A stretch of 64,000 nt of DNA from Amoeboaphelidium protococcarum X5 (GCA_023515725.1 JALDTO010000179.1:136039-200038), one strand, 5' to 3'; positions 12,844 to 24,927 are shown, numbered from the stretch's first letter. The notes: a model not told the origin generated them from the letters alone. Translations and numbers: made by a program.

Positions 12844-13322
12844 TGTTCTACTATAATTATTATACTAATCTAGATCGTGCTAATTTAACAATAGGGAGTT
12901 TTTAACAGGGAGCGTTGAAGATTGGGGAGAGAAGGGTCCTCGTTGAAGTTTGACTGACAAGAAAGAAATTGGACGAATCAATCATTCGTGCACCAAGTCC
13001 TTTTGAAATTTTTTGTCCATAAAGTATTTGTATGATAGTTAGTCTTATTTTAAATACGATTATCAATGAGATTCTATATATTTTTACATACTCTTCAATA
13101 CAAGTCAATAATCTAATTACTCGTTTACTTTATTGCCAATCTTCTGAGCTTGTCTCAATACCTTAACAATACCAATAACTCCTGAGTGGTTTTAAGCTGC
13201 GACCATCCTCATTGATATCACAATGAAATGATGACTGGTCGTGTCACATCTCATCATTGCATTGTATTCAATGCTTACTGACAGTGTTCTAATTCTTTCA
13301 TCGCAATACTGATCATTTGAAA

Positions 13323-15557
13323 ATGTAGCCAAGCCAAAAACGTGAATTATCTGCGGCTGCAAAGACAGCACTAGAAGATTTCAAAACTTAAGCATATCAT
13401 CAAGATATTCCCGGATTTCTCTCCGTGTGTGCTAAGGTGATCAATGAAGTTGATATTCGGATAGTCAAAGAACTTGGCGCATAATCATTTGCCGCATTTG
13501 CTCCAGTATTTGCCCCTTGGTATAATACTAAATCTGAATGGTTTGGACATTATGTTTGGAATGGCAACACAGACGCGTTCAATTAACGACTGTTGTTAAA
13601 ATGCACTGACAAGGACTGGCAAATACCGTAATCTTAATAAACAGAACACTCCTTAACAGCAAAGTTCAATCCTAATTTGAATCGTAAAGACATGGGACAA
13701 AACGTAAGTGAGAGCCAGGAGAAGTAAAGTTTTAGTCAGGTGCAGCATTAAATTGAGAATATCATTGAATCCAAAATGCGGAATCAGTAGATTGCATCAG
13801 ATACAGACTCTCTAATGGCTAAATGGAAATCTAAGCAGTAATAGTCGTCATCTAAGAGTTTGAAGAAGAAGAAGAAGAAGAAGAAAGTGCTACAGCTTTC
13901 GGAATAATCTCTAGTGGCGTTGGAAAACATGAAACCAAAAATCGGCAAGATGAAAAATCGGCGAGAGATTGCCGAACTGAATCAGTATGATCAGATACGC
14001 TCGATTAATATTCGTATATTCCCTGATAAGAAGTTCATACACAAATTCAATGAATGGCTGGATCTCAAGTTTCAAATGGTCAATTTCATCATTAACATTT
14101 TGAATGATTCCAGAGATTAAGGAGAAAAGGTGTCAATACAAGCGCTAAGGAACCATGTTGCGCTAAGTTAAGTCAAAGCCAAAAAGTGCCGCGTGCCTGA
14201 TGACGACCCAAGATTGCGTTGGATGCGAATGCCATCTACAGTGCAAGATGAGATTATTAATGTGACTCGCACGTATTACTATGCGGCTCATGAGAAGTAT
14301 ACAAAGGGTGATATCAAAGACTACAACTTTATGCCAAATAGAGATGATGATTAGTTTTAGATGCTCCAGTTTCAAGCGTAAGATGCCCGTGTAGATCCAG
14401 ATAGCAATCGCGTCCGCCTACTGCCTTCATTCCTCAAGAGCTTTGGGAAACTGTATGCCAAAGATCCTCTATTCTAAGAGCCTGGCAAGATTGACTACTG
14501 GCCCCGTTTCATCAAGTTTGGCTATGGCAGAGGAAGAGCGTTCAAGATCGTGAAACGAAGAAAAAAGTTCTTTGTGATTGTTTCGTATGATGCCTCCTGT
14601 ATATAAGGTCCATTCACTGATTGGTATTACTAGCAACTGCAAGATATGAATAATGCAGATGAGAATCTTGAAGGTGCTAGATCATTTATAAGCCGCCGTG
14701 ATGCGCGTTGCCGTTAAACTGGAAACACTTGCTCGGTGGATCCAGGTGTTAGAGTGAGCATGACCGTCTTCGATTTGGATCGCAGGTCATTCATTGCGAT
14801 TGCGCCTGATTTCAAGTAGCTTTATAAGAATAAGAGTGAATAGATTTCCAATGCATAGTCTCTGAAAGATTAGATGGATAATCGCGCAGCTGCTTTTCAG
14901 AATGGACAATTGAGTCTGGAGGAGTTTAAAGCGTAGAAGAAAGAATTATGGCACACATGGAAGTAATCAAAGAATAATGTTGTTCCCACTGATATTGGCA
15001 TTAGTCGTGCTTACACCAAATTCTCTGCATATGTATCGAATTTGCATAACCGAATTGGCAACTTTTTGATGCGGCATTATGATCTAATCATTCTTCCCGA
15101 GTTTCTGACTATTAAGATGGTGAAGAAACGGAGAAAGCGTTTGAATCTACCTCCCGTTCTAAGTGATACGGCCGATGTACTGGTAACACACTCGCGTGGT
15201 TAATAAAATTCTGGGCATATTCTCCATAAAAATACGCGGAAGACTCTATTGGCGTTTAGCCATTACAAGTGTCGTATGAAACTTATTGCAATGGCATAAG
15301 CTAATATATTTAGATCTGGAAAGTAAGTGCTCGTGACAACGGAGGAGTTTACGTCGAAACAACATCCGTTTCAGAATGTGCTACATAACTGTCTTGGTGC
15401 TGATGAGTACTTCATGTTGGGTGATTTTCGTGCATATCGGGATAATGTTGGATCATATAATGTTATGTCTCGAAGTTTTTCTAAGGAAGAAGTGAAATTG
15501 GTTACTGCGAACTAAGCGGATTAGACACTATACAAGGAGTTCGTGATGTCCATATGA
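13323..15557 (+). CDS. Fanzor (eukaryotic TnpB, Fanzor2/IS607-like) RNA-guided DNA endonuclease, 744 aa
   Basis: 745 codons uninterrupted in code 6. TnpB N-terminal motif RSINIRIFPDKK..NEW; RuvC-I SVDPGVR (D473); LMRHYDLIILPEF; LAFSHYKCRMKL; VTTEEFTSK (E674); YRDNVGSYN (D707). K8 tract at 13863-13886. Confidence 0.92.
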
Positions 15558-15825
15558 AGGTCTTGCAAGAGACTCTATTGCGCCTTGCTTAACATCTGAT
15601 CACTAAATCATAGAAGTGTTTTGTAATTGCTTATCGTTATGCTCGTACTATACTGTTACTCTGCTATTAAGGGGCTATGTGGGGACCCCAATGAAAAGAT
15701 TGCTGGAGCTTTTTTAAAGTGTCCCAATGATCGATTAACCCGCATGGACGAATGGTCCCTGATTAACCGTAGTACTTACTGCGACAAGTTGATAATTGCA
15801 ATATATAATTCTAATAGTGGGTATT
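15558..15825 (+). ncRNA. Candidate Fanzor omegaRNA / element right end
   Basis: 268-bp gap between the Fanzor stop and the convergent TRM10 stop. It holds clustered hairpins (15699-15728, 15746-15758, 15768-15783) and GATTAACC twice. This is the position expected for a TnpB/Fanzor omegaRNA; boundaries are not determined. Confidence 0.4.
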
Positions 15826-16677
15826 TCAATCAAATTTACGCTTGGGGATCACTTCTAGAAAGGCCTTCTCCCAGTCTTTATGCTGCAGATATTATAGAAG
15901 AATCTCAAAGACGTGATTAGTGGTGAGAACATGACGCGTAGACAACTTGATAAATTTTCCAATGGGCAGAGCAGCAGTTCTTATACCCAACTCTTTAGCT
16001 TTAGTAGCACATAAATTCTTGTGTCGATTCTTGTCCACAATTGCACCTATAATGAGAATGGCGTCACTATCAAAATCAATATCAATTTCATCATCTCCAA
16101 GGAACGATTCTGTATCAGCAGTAAGATATATCATCTTGTTGAATTGCTCCTTCAAGCACTGACTAAATGAATCTTTATAAAATTTCACATTCTGCCACTA
16201 ATGAGCATTCTAAACATCAAGGCATCTCTTGGTTGAGTGTAGTGTACCATCATACTTTAGTCGTTGAGGGCTCGGTTGAAGATTATCTGCGCACTCAAGG
16301 CCAGAGATTAGTAGATTGATATGACGATCACTTCTTCGATTCAATCCATAGCAGTGAGATATCTGAGAAGCATTGCTCTTTATCTCAGATACGCTCATGA
16401 GATTATCAAAATCACAGTCAAGCAAGATTGAAAGCTTTGCATTACTATCTATTTATAACGCGACTGAGTATAACGCGTCAGGATCTACAGTCTTGACCTT
16501 TTTATTTCCATACTGCTCTTCGCGCTCTTGCTCTTTCCTGAGACGCTTCTGCTGTTTCTTGGAAATATTGGGTGGGCTATCGATATCCACCACGTTGACG
16601 GCTGTTTATTCCTCTATGAGTTGAGCGATATCTCTCTTACTCTCAGACGTCTTGTTCTTGTCAATTTATTCAGTCAT
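15826..16677 (-). CDS. TRM10: tRNA m1G9 methyltransferase
   Basis: 284 codons. LDCDFDNLM, QISHCYGLNR, IYLTAD, IIGAIVDKNRHK, LPIGKFI and VLTTNHVFEIL. Confidence 0.95.
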
Positions 16678-16754
16678 GGCGCGCACGCGTGTTATCTCTG
16701 TAATTATAAAGAACAAGAAGAAGTGTTAAGCATCGAGATCAGAAGTATGTTAGA

Positions 16755-17114
16755 TCAAATATTCATCTTATTCTTTACTCTTTAGCTAATGAAATGTTGA
16801 GGCCTTGTGTTGAATAGATATTTGGTTCTGATAATGTTTTCAATCTGAAGGGCTCTTTATTAATCACCATGCTCTGCATCATCATCATTATGAATTGACT
16901 ACAGCAGTAGGAAAGGCTTCTTCAACTCAACCCTCTTCCCAATGAGGATGCCTGAGCCAATAGATAGTGTAGTCTAGTTGTTATGTTCAGGATTGCATTC
17001 AATCAATTCTCCAAGTTCAAAGCCTTCTTGAATATCCTCCGGCACTCCTTACAACTCTATAATGTAATGTTCTCCACTCTACTCACTATTCCATATGATC
17101 TGACTTGAAACCAT
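16755..17114 (-). CDS. CTF8: Chromosome transmission fidelity protein 8
   Basis: 120 codons. IIELQG, LIGKRVELKKPF and IIRTKYLFNTRP. Confidence 0.85.
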
Positions 17115-17213
17115 ATTGAAAATTTTCTTCTAGTTTCGAGTCCTCTCTTATTCAATCACTCACTCGGGAAGAGAAAAGCGCGAACGAACGTACGGGACAT
17201 TAACGCGCGTTCA

Positions 17214-17497
17214 ATGGATGCCAAATCTCGGCTTTTGGAGTTGATGTAATAGAAGGATGCTAAATGTACCGTGACTGTATCAGATGGACGCGTGGTGTCT
17301 GGCTAGTTTGTATGTGTGGATAAACATAGAAATATCGTTCTTCACAATTCTAAAGAGAGATATGCTAATGGTAAGAACTTTATACAGCTAGCAATTGATT
17401 AAACATTCAGTGTGTAGGATTTACTCGTATCACTGGCACAGTAATGATTCCTGGCAAAAATCTTTAATCGATCTCTCTCACTTCTGTAGGTAATTGA
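17214..17497 (+). CDS. NAA38: Sm/LSm-fold protein, NatC auxiliary subunit (Naa38/Mak31)-like; one intron
   Basis: VTVSDGRVVSGQFVCVDKHRNIVL and GTVMIPGKNL, with a GTAAG..TAG intron at about 17371-17417. Confidence 0.7.
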
Positions 17498-17618
17498 AGA
17501 TTTTGTGTTTAATAGAGTTTTGATCACTTTCCTTTAGTTCTCTAATTGACGTCGTTCTTCTCTTCCTCTTTTTATCACAGATTCGTTATTTTCTCACTTA
17601 ATTAGATCTGCGCGTAGA

Positions 17619-18359
17619 ATGTCAGATAGTTGGGAAGATTAATTGGACGATTAGCCTATTGCTGTGGCTGAGGGTGCTTACGCTAACGATCAGGACGATG
17701 ATGTGCTAGACTCTTGGGAAGACGAGTTGGAGGATGAAAGTGCTGATACTAAGGTTAGTACAGTGGCTCCTCCTAAAAAGAAGAAGCCGCTTGCACAAGC
17801 TATTGAAGAACGTAAGCAGGCTGAGGAGAAGAAGAGACAGGAAATTGCCGAAAAGAAGGCTCAGATGGAGGCCGAATTGATGGAAGATCCACTGGAGCGA
17901 AAGAAGAGGCTAGAATAGGCCGTGCGTGAGGCTGATATGCAGCACGCGACTGATTTGTTCTCTGGTGTCACCTTATCTTCTGCTGATGCTGCAGCAGCTG
18001 CTGCTGGTGCTTTGGATTCAAAATAATCCATCGATTCTATGCATCCTACAAGTAAGGAGGATTTTGAATAGTTTGCTGATCTTATCGTCCAGAAAGTCGC
18101 GTCTTGCAGCGCGAAGCCGTCCGTATATGCGTAGTTCTTGGATACTTTATATAGAAACTTGGCATTGAACTTGGATCCTATCGCTATTAGGAAGCTCTCA
18201 TCTACTTTGAATACTTTGGCGAATGATAAACAGCGCCAGGAAAAGGATAAGGGAAAGAAGAAGTCTACTGCGAAAAGTTAATTGAAGGTCTCTGCTGATC
18301 CATTTGGTGCATCTGAGGCACTCTATGACAGAGATGATGACTACGACGACTTTATGTGA
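17619..18359 (+). CDS. EIF3J: Translation initiation factor eIF3 subunit J
   Basis: 247 codons. MSDSWED, VLDSWEDE, EADMQHATDLF, HPTSKEDF and C-terminal DDYDDFM. Confidence 0.95.
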
Positions 18360-18619
18360 CCGTGAATTTTTAATGAAATAAAAAAATCACTAAAATCTTA
18401 ACATATTAGTGGCTTTCATTTATATTCTAGTACTTACACTCTTAATAAGTCGCCCACATATCATAATCCAATGTTTTTAGTTCGTAGACGCCACCATGAC
18501 GACGAACGTCTGATTGATTTGTTTCACTCGCATTGCCTTTAAACAATCGGATGTTGAAATAATCATTTCTGATCAAACTACCTAGTAATAAACAAACATC
18601 AGCATATAGAAATCATATA

Positions 18620-20092
18620 ATGGATTACTTTAATCAAAATATTCCTCTGCCTCCTCCATTGCCGGGAAAGATTAGTGATACTTCCTCGAAGGGAAAGAGC
18701 TTTGATGGCCATCATTAAAACATGGCACAAGTCGTAATGAAACAGCGACCTGCTCTTCCTACTGAATTCCAAAGTGATACGTAATACTAAAGTTCTATAA
18801 ATGCTTCTGACAAGATTCAGTCCATGCCATCGTTTGAAGATTTCGCTTAGATCAGTGCAGCGAGAACTTAAAGTATCGGATCGCAGCTGCCTCCAACGTT
18901 GAGGAGAATAACGCCACAGGGATATGCAGAGGGTCAGGCATTGAATATTGATAAAGCATTCGCCTATCCTCCAATTGCTAGATCGTCTCTCACAAGAATG
19001 AGTTAGCCAGTGCCGCAGCGTTAATCTTGGAGTAGTTACTAGATTCGCCAGTCTGTGGCATCGGACGTTGATGGATTTTTGAAGCCTCGAGGAAATAGTA
19101 ACGCTGGTAACACTGATCTAACGAGAACACCAAGCACTTCCGGAGGATGGAGAAGCGGATATGGTGGCGATAAACCTTAGAGAGTCAGCGTGTTTCCTAC
19201 GTAGTCAACTCTAAGTCTGGCAGCGATTGATAAGTCTGGTCGTAGCTCATTATCTTTAAAGCCCGGAAAAACATCATCTTAAACGTATCTGGGCAGTCGA
19301 TAGTCAATGATCAGTGTACCCGAACTTCTGCCATAATCTTAGTAGCCTTCTAGTAGCTCATTGATATAGAAAAGACCTTCAGTTCCGTTAAGTGTCCCAT
19401 AAATTCAAGTCGCTGATTAATCCTCAAAAGATCGCGATCAATAACGATAAGATCACCAAAGTTAGAAAGTTAAAATAGCTGCACGACTTCCAGCTACTAA
19501 TGTGGAGGATCTTTTGCAATCCCGGAGACAAAGCATGAATAAGCTGGAAAGACCGTCATTAAGTAATGGTTCAAGCAAAGTTGAGTGCGATTTGGCTGAT
19601 ATTCTTGATGGCAAAAAGGCTCTGAACTTGGAGTCATCTTAACCGCAACGAACACCAAACACTTTCAATTTTAATGAGACAAAGTAAAATCAAAATTCAA
19701 CTAAAAGGTTTGATTATGAGATTCTTGGATGTGTCGGTAAGAATGAGTTTGGATTCGTGTTGAAGGCTTTGAAATATGAAAAGACTGGCCAAAAACGTCG
19801 AGGTAAAGGGAAGGAGGTGTTTATTAAGATGATTTCTTGCGATTCTGAGGCGCATAAAATGATATCCAAGTACGTTAATCCGTCTAATACAGAATTGGCA
19901 CTTATGAAATCTGGCCAGGCTAAGCACTTACCTCAATATATTGAACATTACTGGAATGAAGAGTACTTGGTCATTATCACTAAAACACACGGTATTAAGA
20001 AATCAGGAGATGACAAGTCTGTATTCAGTCTGTTCTCTGGAGACAAATATCACGAAGTTTAGTGGATCTATTACTTTAATTAAGCTGGCTGA
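18620..20092 (+). CDS. Ser/Pro/Gln-rich disordered protein ending in a protein-kinase N-lobe-like segment
   Basis: 491 codons open. C-terminal YEILGCVGKNEFGFVLKA..VFIKMI..ELALMK..YLVIITKTHG, then a stop with no HRD or DFG. Confidence 0.65.
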
Positions 20093-20155
20093 AAATTTGA
20101 AGCACTGAGCGAGAATATCATATGGTAACTTGAGAATAAATTAATAGATTTGTAT

Positions 20156-20908
20156 TCACTTTTTAGACCTTTTGGTATATCTCTTTTCAATGCCAACCAT
20201 CAGCGCGTCAAAGTTGTTCTTGTTCTTGCTTTATATCAATTGTTTCAGCTGATCCTCTCCGCTCACTTTCTCAATTCCAAGATCCTTTGCCAGCTGCTCA
20301 GCCTCTTCCGCTTCCTTTGCAGATCGTTTCAAAAGAGATTTGCGCTTCTTGTCGTCAATCTTCGATGTTCTCGTCCATAAACGCGTCTACTTAAGCTTCT
20401 TGTCGTCAATCATACGCGTCACTGTCTGGCTAATCCGATCCATGTCCTCTTGGTCAAAAGAGGAAAATGGGATGAGCTCAATCATTAAACTAAAATCTCC
20501 ATTACATTTATTATACGCATCCGCTATATCTTGCTGCTCCTCTTGTGAATTCAAATACTTTTCCCTATACCGATCCAACTCCTCCTTACTAACTCTGGTA
20601 ACTACTTGATCGAAATATGCCGTCCAGTCAGCATCATTAGAATCAATCAAATCGTCTTCCACTGAACCAGTCGTGTCATATATTTATCTCTTTTTTGGAT
20701 CGCTCAATATAGAGTATGCTTTATTAATATCCTTAAACTTCTCCTCGGCTTCAATTAATTCTGCTTTACTCAAAGTGGAAGGCTACTTATCTGGATGAAA
20801 CTTCAACGCTAGACGTCGATAACTTTATTTAATATCAATCTCGCTGGGCTTTGACTCTTTCTTCAATTCCAGAATCTCGTAAAAATTCAACTATTACTAC
20901 AGCGTCAT
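20156..20908 (-). CDS. DNAJC9: J-domain co-chaperone, DNAJC9-like
   Basis: 251 codons. FYEIL..YRRLALKFHPDK, YDTTG, YLNSQEEQQDIADAY. Confidence 0.85.
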
Positions 20909-21220
20909 TCTTTACTGTTTACTTTTAATAGTCACAATACTTAAATGTTTCTTGCTTCCTACCGAGGAGTTTTCTTCATTCAACAGTAGTAACCGATCGT
21001 TTAGGAGAAATTGCGCCGGAGGGACCAAAAACATCCTGAAATTAAACAGGCTAACCCACGCGCTGCTCGGGAATTTCGTCTCTTCCGATTCGTTTCTGTT
21101 TCTCGGCTATTTCACACACACACACCAGAGAGAGCTTCGTCTTCTTCCGGTGATATAGAAAGCTTATTATTTTCACTGCGTTGTAATCCAGTTTTGGCAG
21201 TGTTTACTATTAATAACAAT

Positions 21221-21848
21221 ATGGCTTATGGTAGAATATAAAACTTATCCTATGATTTCTAGGAGTTGTACACTAATAAGAGAATGACTAGATTTTGCTT
21301 TGCTGTCATTATAGTGTCATTTCTGGTCATCTTATAGATTATACTGGCGTTCTCAATGCACTCTGTCGGATGGATGGGTAATTCTTTGGCATCTGTTATT
21401 GTGAATAAGAATGGTCTTCGTCACTGGAATTATGTATAGATTGGAGATTTGAATTTTGGTGGAGTCGGTACTAGATCTGCTAATTTGCAATCTGTAGATG
21501 AGCTGCTCAATGATAAGGACGTTCGGATTCTATCCTTTTGTCATCAAGATTGGCATGGTATCCGGCAAGCTTCGTATGGCTAAAAGTTCCCCGTTATTGA
21601 GGTGAAGGATTTTTATAATGATAAACAGTTGAATAATCTTTTACTCTTGTTCAGTAATATGCCGCACCTGGAAATTATATTGGTGAACGGTATTCCATTT
21701 GGGGCAATTAAATTTGCAAAGAAGGTGAAATAAAAATTTCCAGATATTCAAGTTCTGTTTATCTATCATGGTTCCCTTGCTTAGATGTTCCATGATGCTG
21801 AGGCGGATGTTGTTAATGAAATGATCACCGCCACTTAAGATGGTGTAC
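21221..21848 (+). pseudogene. 5' half of a type II membrane glycosyltransferase-like gene; the frame continues antisense into the neighbour until TGA 22093
   Basis: N-terminal TM helix, FCHQDWHGIRQAS, ILVNGIP and FIYHGS. After about 21848 the sequence reads as the antisense of a Pro/Thr/Glu-rich gene. Confidence 0.55.
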
Positions 21849-22206
21849 CTGGCTATGGAGTGTTTTCATTTTTTAGAGGCGGAGTAGGAGTATCTTTAGG
21901 TGGCGGATTTACTTCATCCTTCACTGGAGAGTCAACAACTTCTTCTTTCTTAGGTGGATTACTTTGCTGTGGTGTAGTAGATGTGCCTTCTTAAGCCTGT
22001 CTAGTTTATGACTGTGGCGCCTCAACAGGGGTCTTATCAACTTAATTCACATCCCGCTTCTACTAAGCTGGCGGAGTGGTAGTACCCTGCTGAGCCAGCG
22101 CGCCATGAGCCAACAATGCGAATATAACCAACACCCACAGATACCTTTGCACTATCACGGCGCGTCTTCGATGCGAGTTATTCGTGATACTATAATACAT
22201 CATCAT
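21845..22206 (-). pseudogene. 5' part of a secreted Pro/Thr/Gln-rich protein gene, colliding with the glycosyltransferase-like gene
   Basis: Signal peptide YLWVLVIFALLAHGALA then QQGTTTPPA..NPPKKEEVVDSPVKDEVNPPPKDTPTPP. The frame runs into the other gene until TGA 21766. Confidence 0.55.
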
Positions 22207-23166
22207 TAATCGATATTGATACTGTATATCTGCTATATAGAGGAGATTCAACTGTGAGGATGTTTCAAAGATCAGTCAATTATAATATCAAACACTATTC
22301 TAAAAAGCAATTTTTAATCTATAAGAGTATTGCTTCAATTCTATACAATAACAAATTCCAATTAATAATAAAACAATATAATATACGCGATGGTGATGTA
22401 ATTATATTGTGAATATTACTTTATGAGAGATTAAAGCAAAGAAAGTGGAGAGCCCATTAATTAACGATCATCATCAGCAATCCAATTGGTATCCAGATTT
22501 AGAGCTCACTTGACCAACTGACCAATCAACGCACAGGCCAAGATCGCACAACGCGTTAAATAGGCGCCAGTGATTGATCGAATGTAACTGTAAACATTGT
22601 TACATCCCAGTCACACTTACGTCACACTTGAAAGGTAATAATATAATTAAGTTTGAAATCATTTATAGGTAGACAACTGTTTAAGCAGGCAAACCTTCAA
22701 TCATGTGTTGAAACAAAAAACACGCTTTTCTACGTTTTCCACTATCATTTCAACTTAACTACACTCAACTTAAGACTACCAGCTATCAGCACTTGATAAG
22801 ACTAGTACTTTGCAAAAAATGCTCCAATACAAAGATTTCAAAATTCAACAGGTAGATAAAGTAGATTCAAGATCCACCTTTTATCATCATCATTGTGCTG
22901 TATACAGTCTCTTTGAAGAAATAATGCAACAGAAAAGAAATGAGTCAGCACAAGTTGTGAAACAATTGATGAGCATCTCCTTAAAAGTCAAAAACAAGCG
23001 CGCTGTCTCGCTCAACAGACAGTCAGGAGACAGACAGGACAGATCGGGATTTCTTTTCGTTTTACTCAACTCAGTTGGAATCTGGCTCGAAACGCTTCAT
23101 TTTCATTTTATCAATACAACAGTTATAGTGACTTTCTATCTGGCCAAGACTCAGATTCATATTGAT

Positions 23167-24927
23167 ATGGTGATTATATCTGCTCTTACGGGCGCATCTG
23201 TTAGTAGTATTGATAATTGTGTACTGTTGACTAGTAAAGGCTAGAATGTGAAGAAAGAGTCTCTTCTACATCATCCAGATGGAATATTCCTCTCTCAGTC
23301 TTCCATCTCTTCAATATCTTCTGATGCCCAGGGAGTGACCTATGCATACGATAATATGTTATTTAGCTCTATAAGTCCGCGATCTTCTATATCTAATACG
23401 GGTAGTGTATCGTCGAATTTAATGCTCTCGCAGGACACTTTATCTCTGGATAATGTCTTTCATATCAATAATGCTCATTATGCTGCTCTGCTTAATCTGG
23501 AACATTTCAGTAAACTTTTGGCTAGGAATATAGAGTCATTGCATCAGGAGATTCAACAGCATAATAAATTTCTTACTCTGAATTGTCCTTAGATGATTAA
23601 AGTTTTAGATTCTCTTTCTATCAAGAGTGACTCTAGTGAAGAATGGCAATTACTGGTATAATAATTGAAAAATCATTTGGTATCATTGAGAAATAGAGAT
23701 AAATCTTATCAGGATAAAGTTAAAGAATTGAACGAAAAGTGTGAAAGTGAGTTTATGTCTTTTCAACGTATCAAGTCTGGCGATTATACTTTGAATGAGA
23801 TTGCTGAAATGTTTGCTAGCTCTTAGTAATAATTGAAATCAGGTATACGGAGGATATCATTTTATTAGACTGATTTGAACAGGACTTTATAAGAAGTTAG
23901 GAGTTAGAGAAGAATGTTATCATTGAACAATAAGTCTGCCACATCATATTTCACCAAATAGATGCGTTTACTCTAATCCCTGCAGGAGTTACCTTGTCTC
24001 ATCGTCACTCGATCATTTGAAAACTTATGGTTAGAGTAATTCCGGCAAGTTGTATTTGAAAGATTGCTTTCTTTAAACTAAATGTCATCAGTTTAAAGAT
24101 TTTTAACTAAAAGACGTTAATCATTTGATGAATATGTTTAGTCTGTACAAGTTGATGAAGTGTAATATGATTAGATTTCAGTGTTATCATATGCTGATAT
24201 TCGATAATAGATTCTTGCGATTGAAGATGGTGGTAGCGATTATCTGCATAAATTACAGGCTTGGATTGTTGAAGTATTGGACCTTCAATTACAACGAGAT
24301 TAAATGCTTTAGTTGATTGATGACATTTTAATAGTATACGGCTAAGAAAACCAAGATTAGGCTACTTAAACTGATGCTGATTTTGCCGTTAATAATGATA
24401 ATACTTAGGGCAATGATACTTTGGATCTTTAAAAGTAAATTGAAGATTTGAAATAATCTAATGATTAATTATAGCGGTAGTTGGAGGAGTATAAAAACTT
24501 AACGTTGTCAAAAGATCGAAAGATATCAAGTGACGCTGTGTCTATAGTTAGTACTAGCACTCGGAATGTAAATGCTGCGCAGAGTGAATCTCCACGACTG
24601 CGAGTGATGGAAAGGTAGCGTAGTAATCCAATGGTATCTGTGAGTTTGGTTAATGCTGATATCTCAGTGCCTCCGTTTGCTACATAGTCGCCTTAGTAAT
24701 AAGATGCCTCTTTATCTTAATCGGGAGAAATTACTGGTCCTACTGCATTATTGTACACCGAATCATCCATGTTGTAATAGCAAGATGAAGCTAAGCCTTA
24801 AGATTAACAGTAGTTGCAGAGCGAAGCTGCCATGCGATTACGCTCACTATCTGATGGTAAATCAAAAATTAGCAACCTAACTCGCAAAAAGTCTCTCTTG
24901 TCAACTTTAACATTTAGAAAATAGTAA
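23167..24927 (+). CDS. Coiled-coil protein with an Atg11/RB1CC1-like N-terminus; no TGA at the apparent end
   Basis: About 585 open codons. MVIISALTG..LLTSKGQNVK resembles the Atg11 N-terminus. Coding-like sequence ends at TFRK-TAG-TAA and the first TGA is at 25558-25560. Confidence 0.6.

Noticed and set aside
13131-15803. Terminal inverted repeat around the Fanzor (13131-13156 versus 15781-15803)
   Set aside because: The match is only about 19/26 with three gap positions in AT-rich DNA and there is no TSD, so it is unsupported without other copies.
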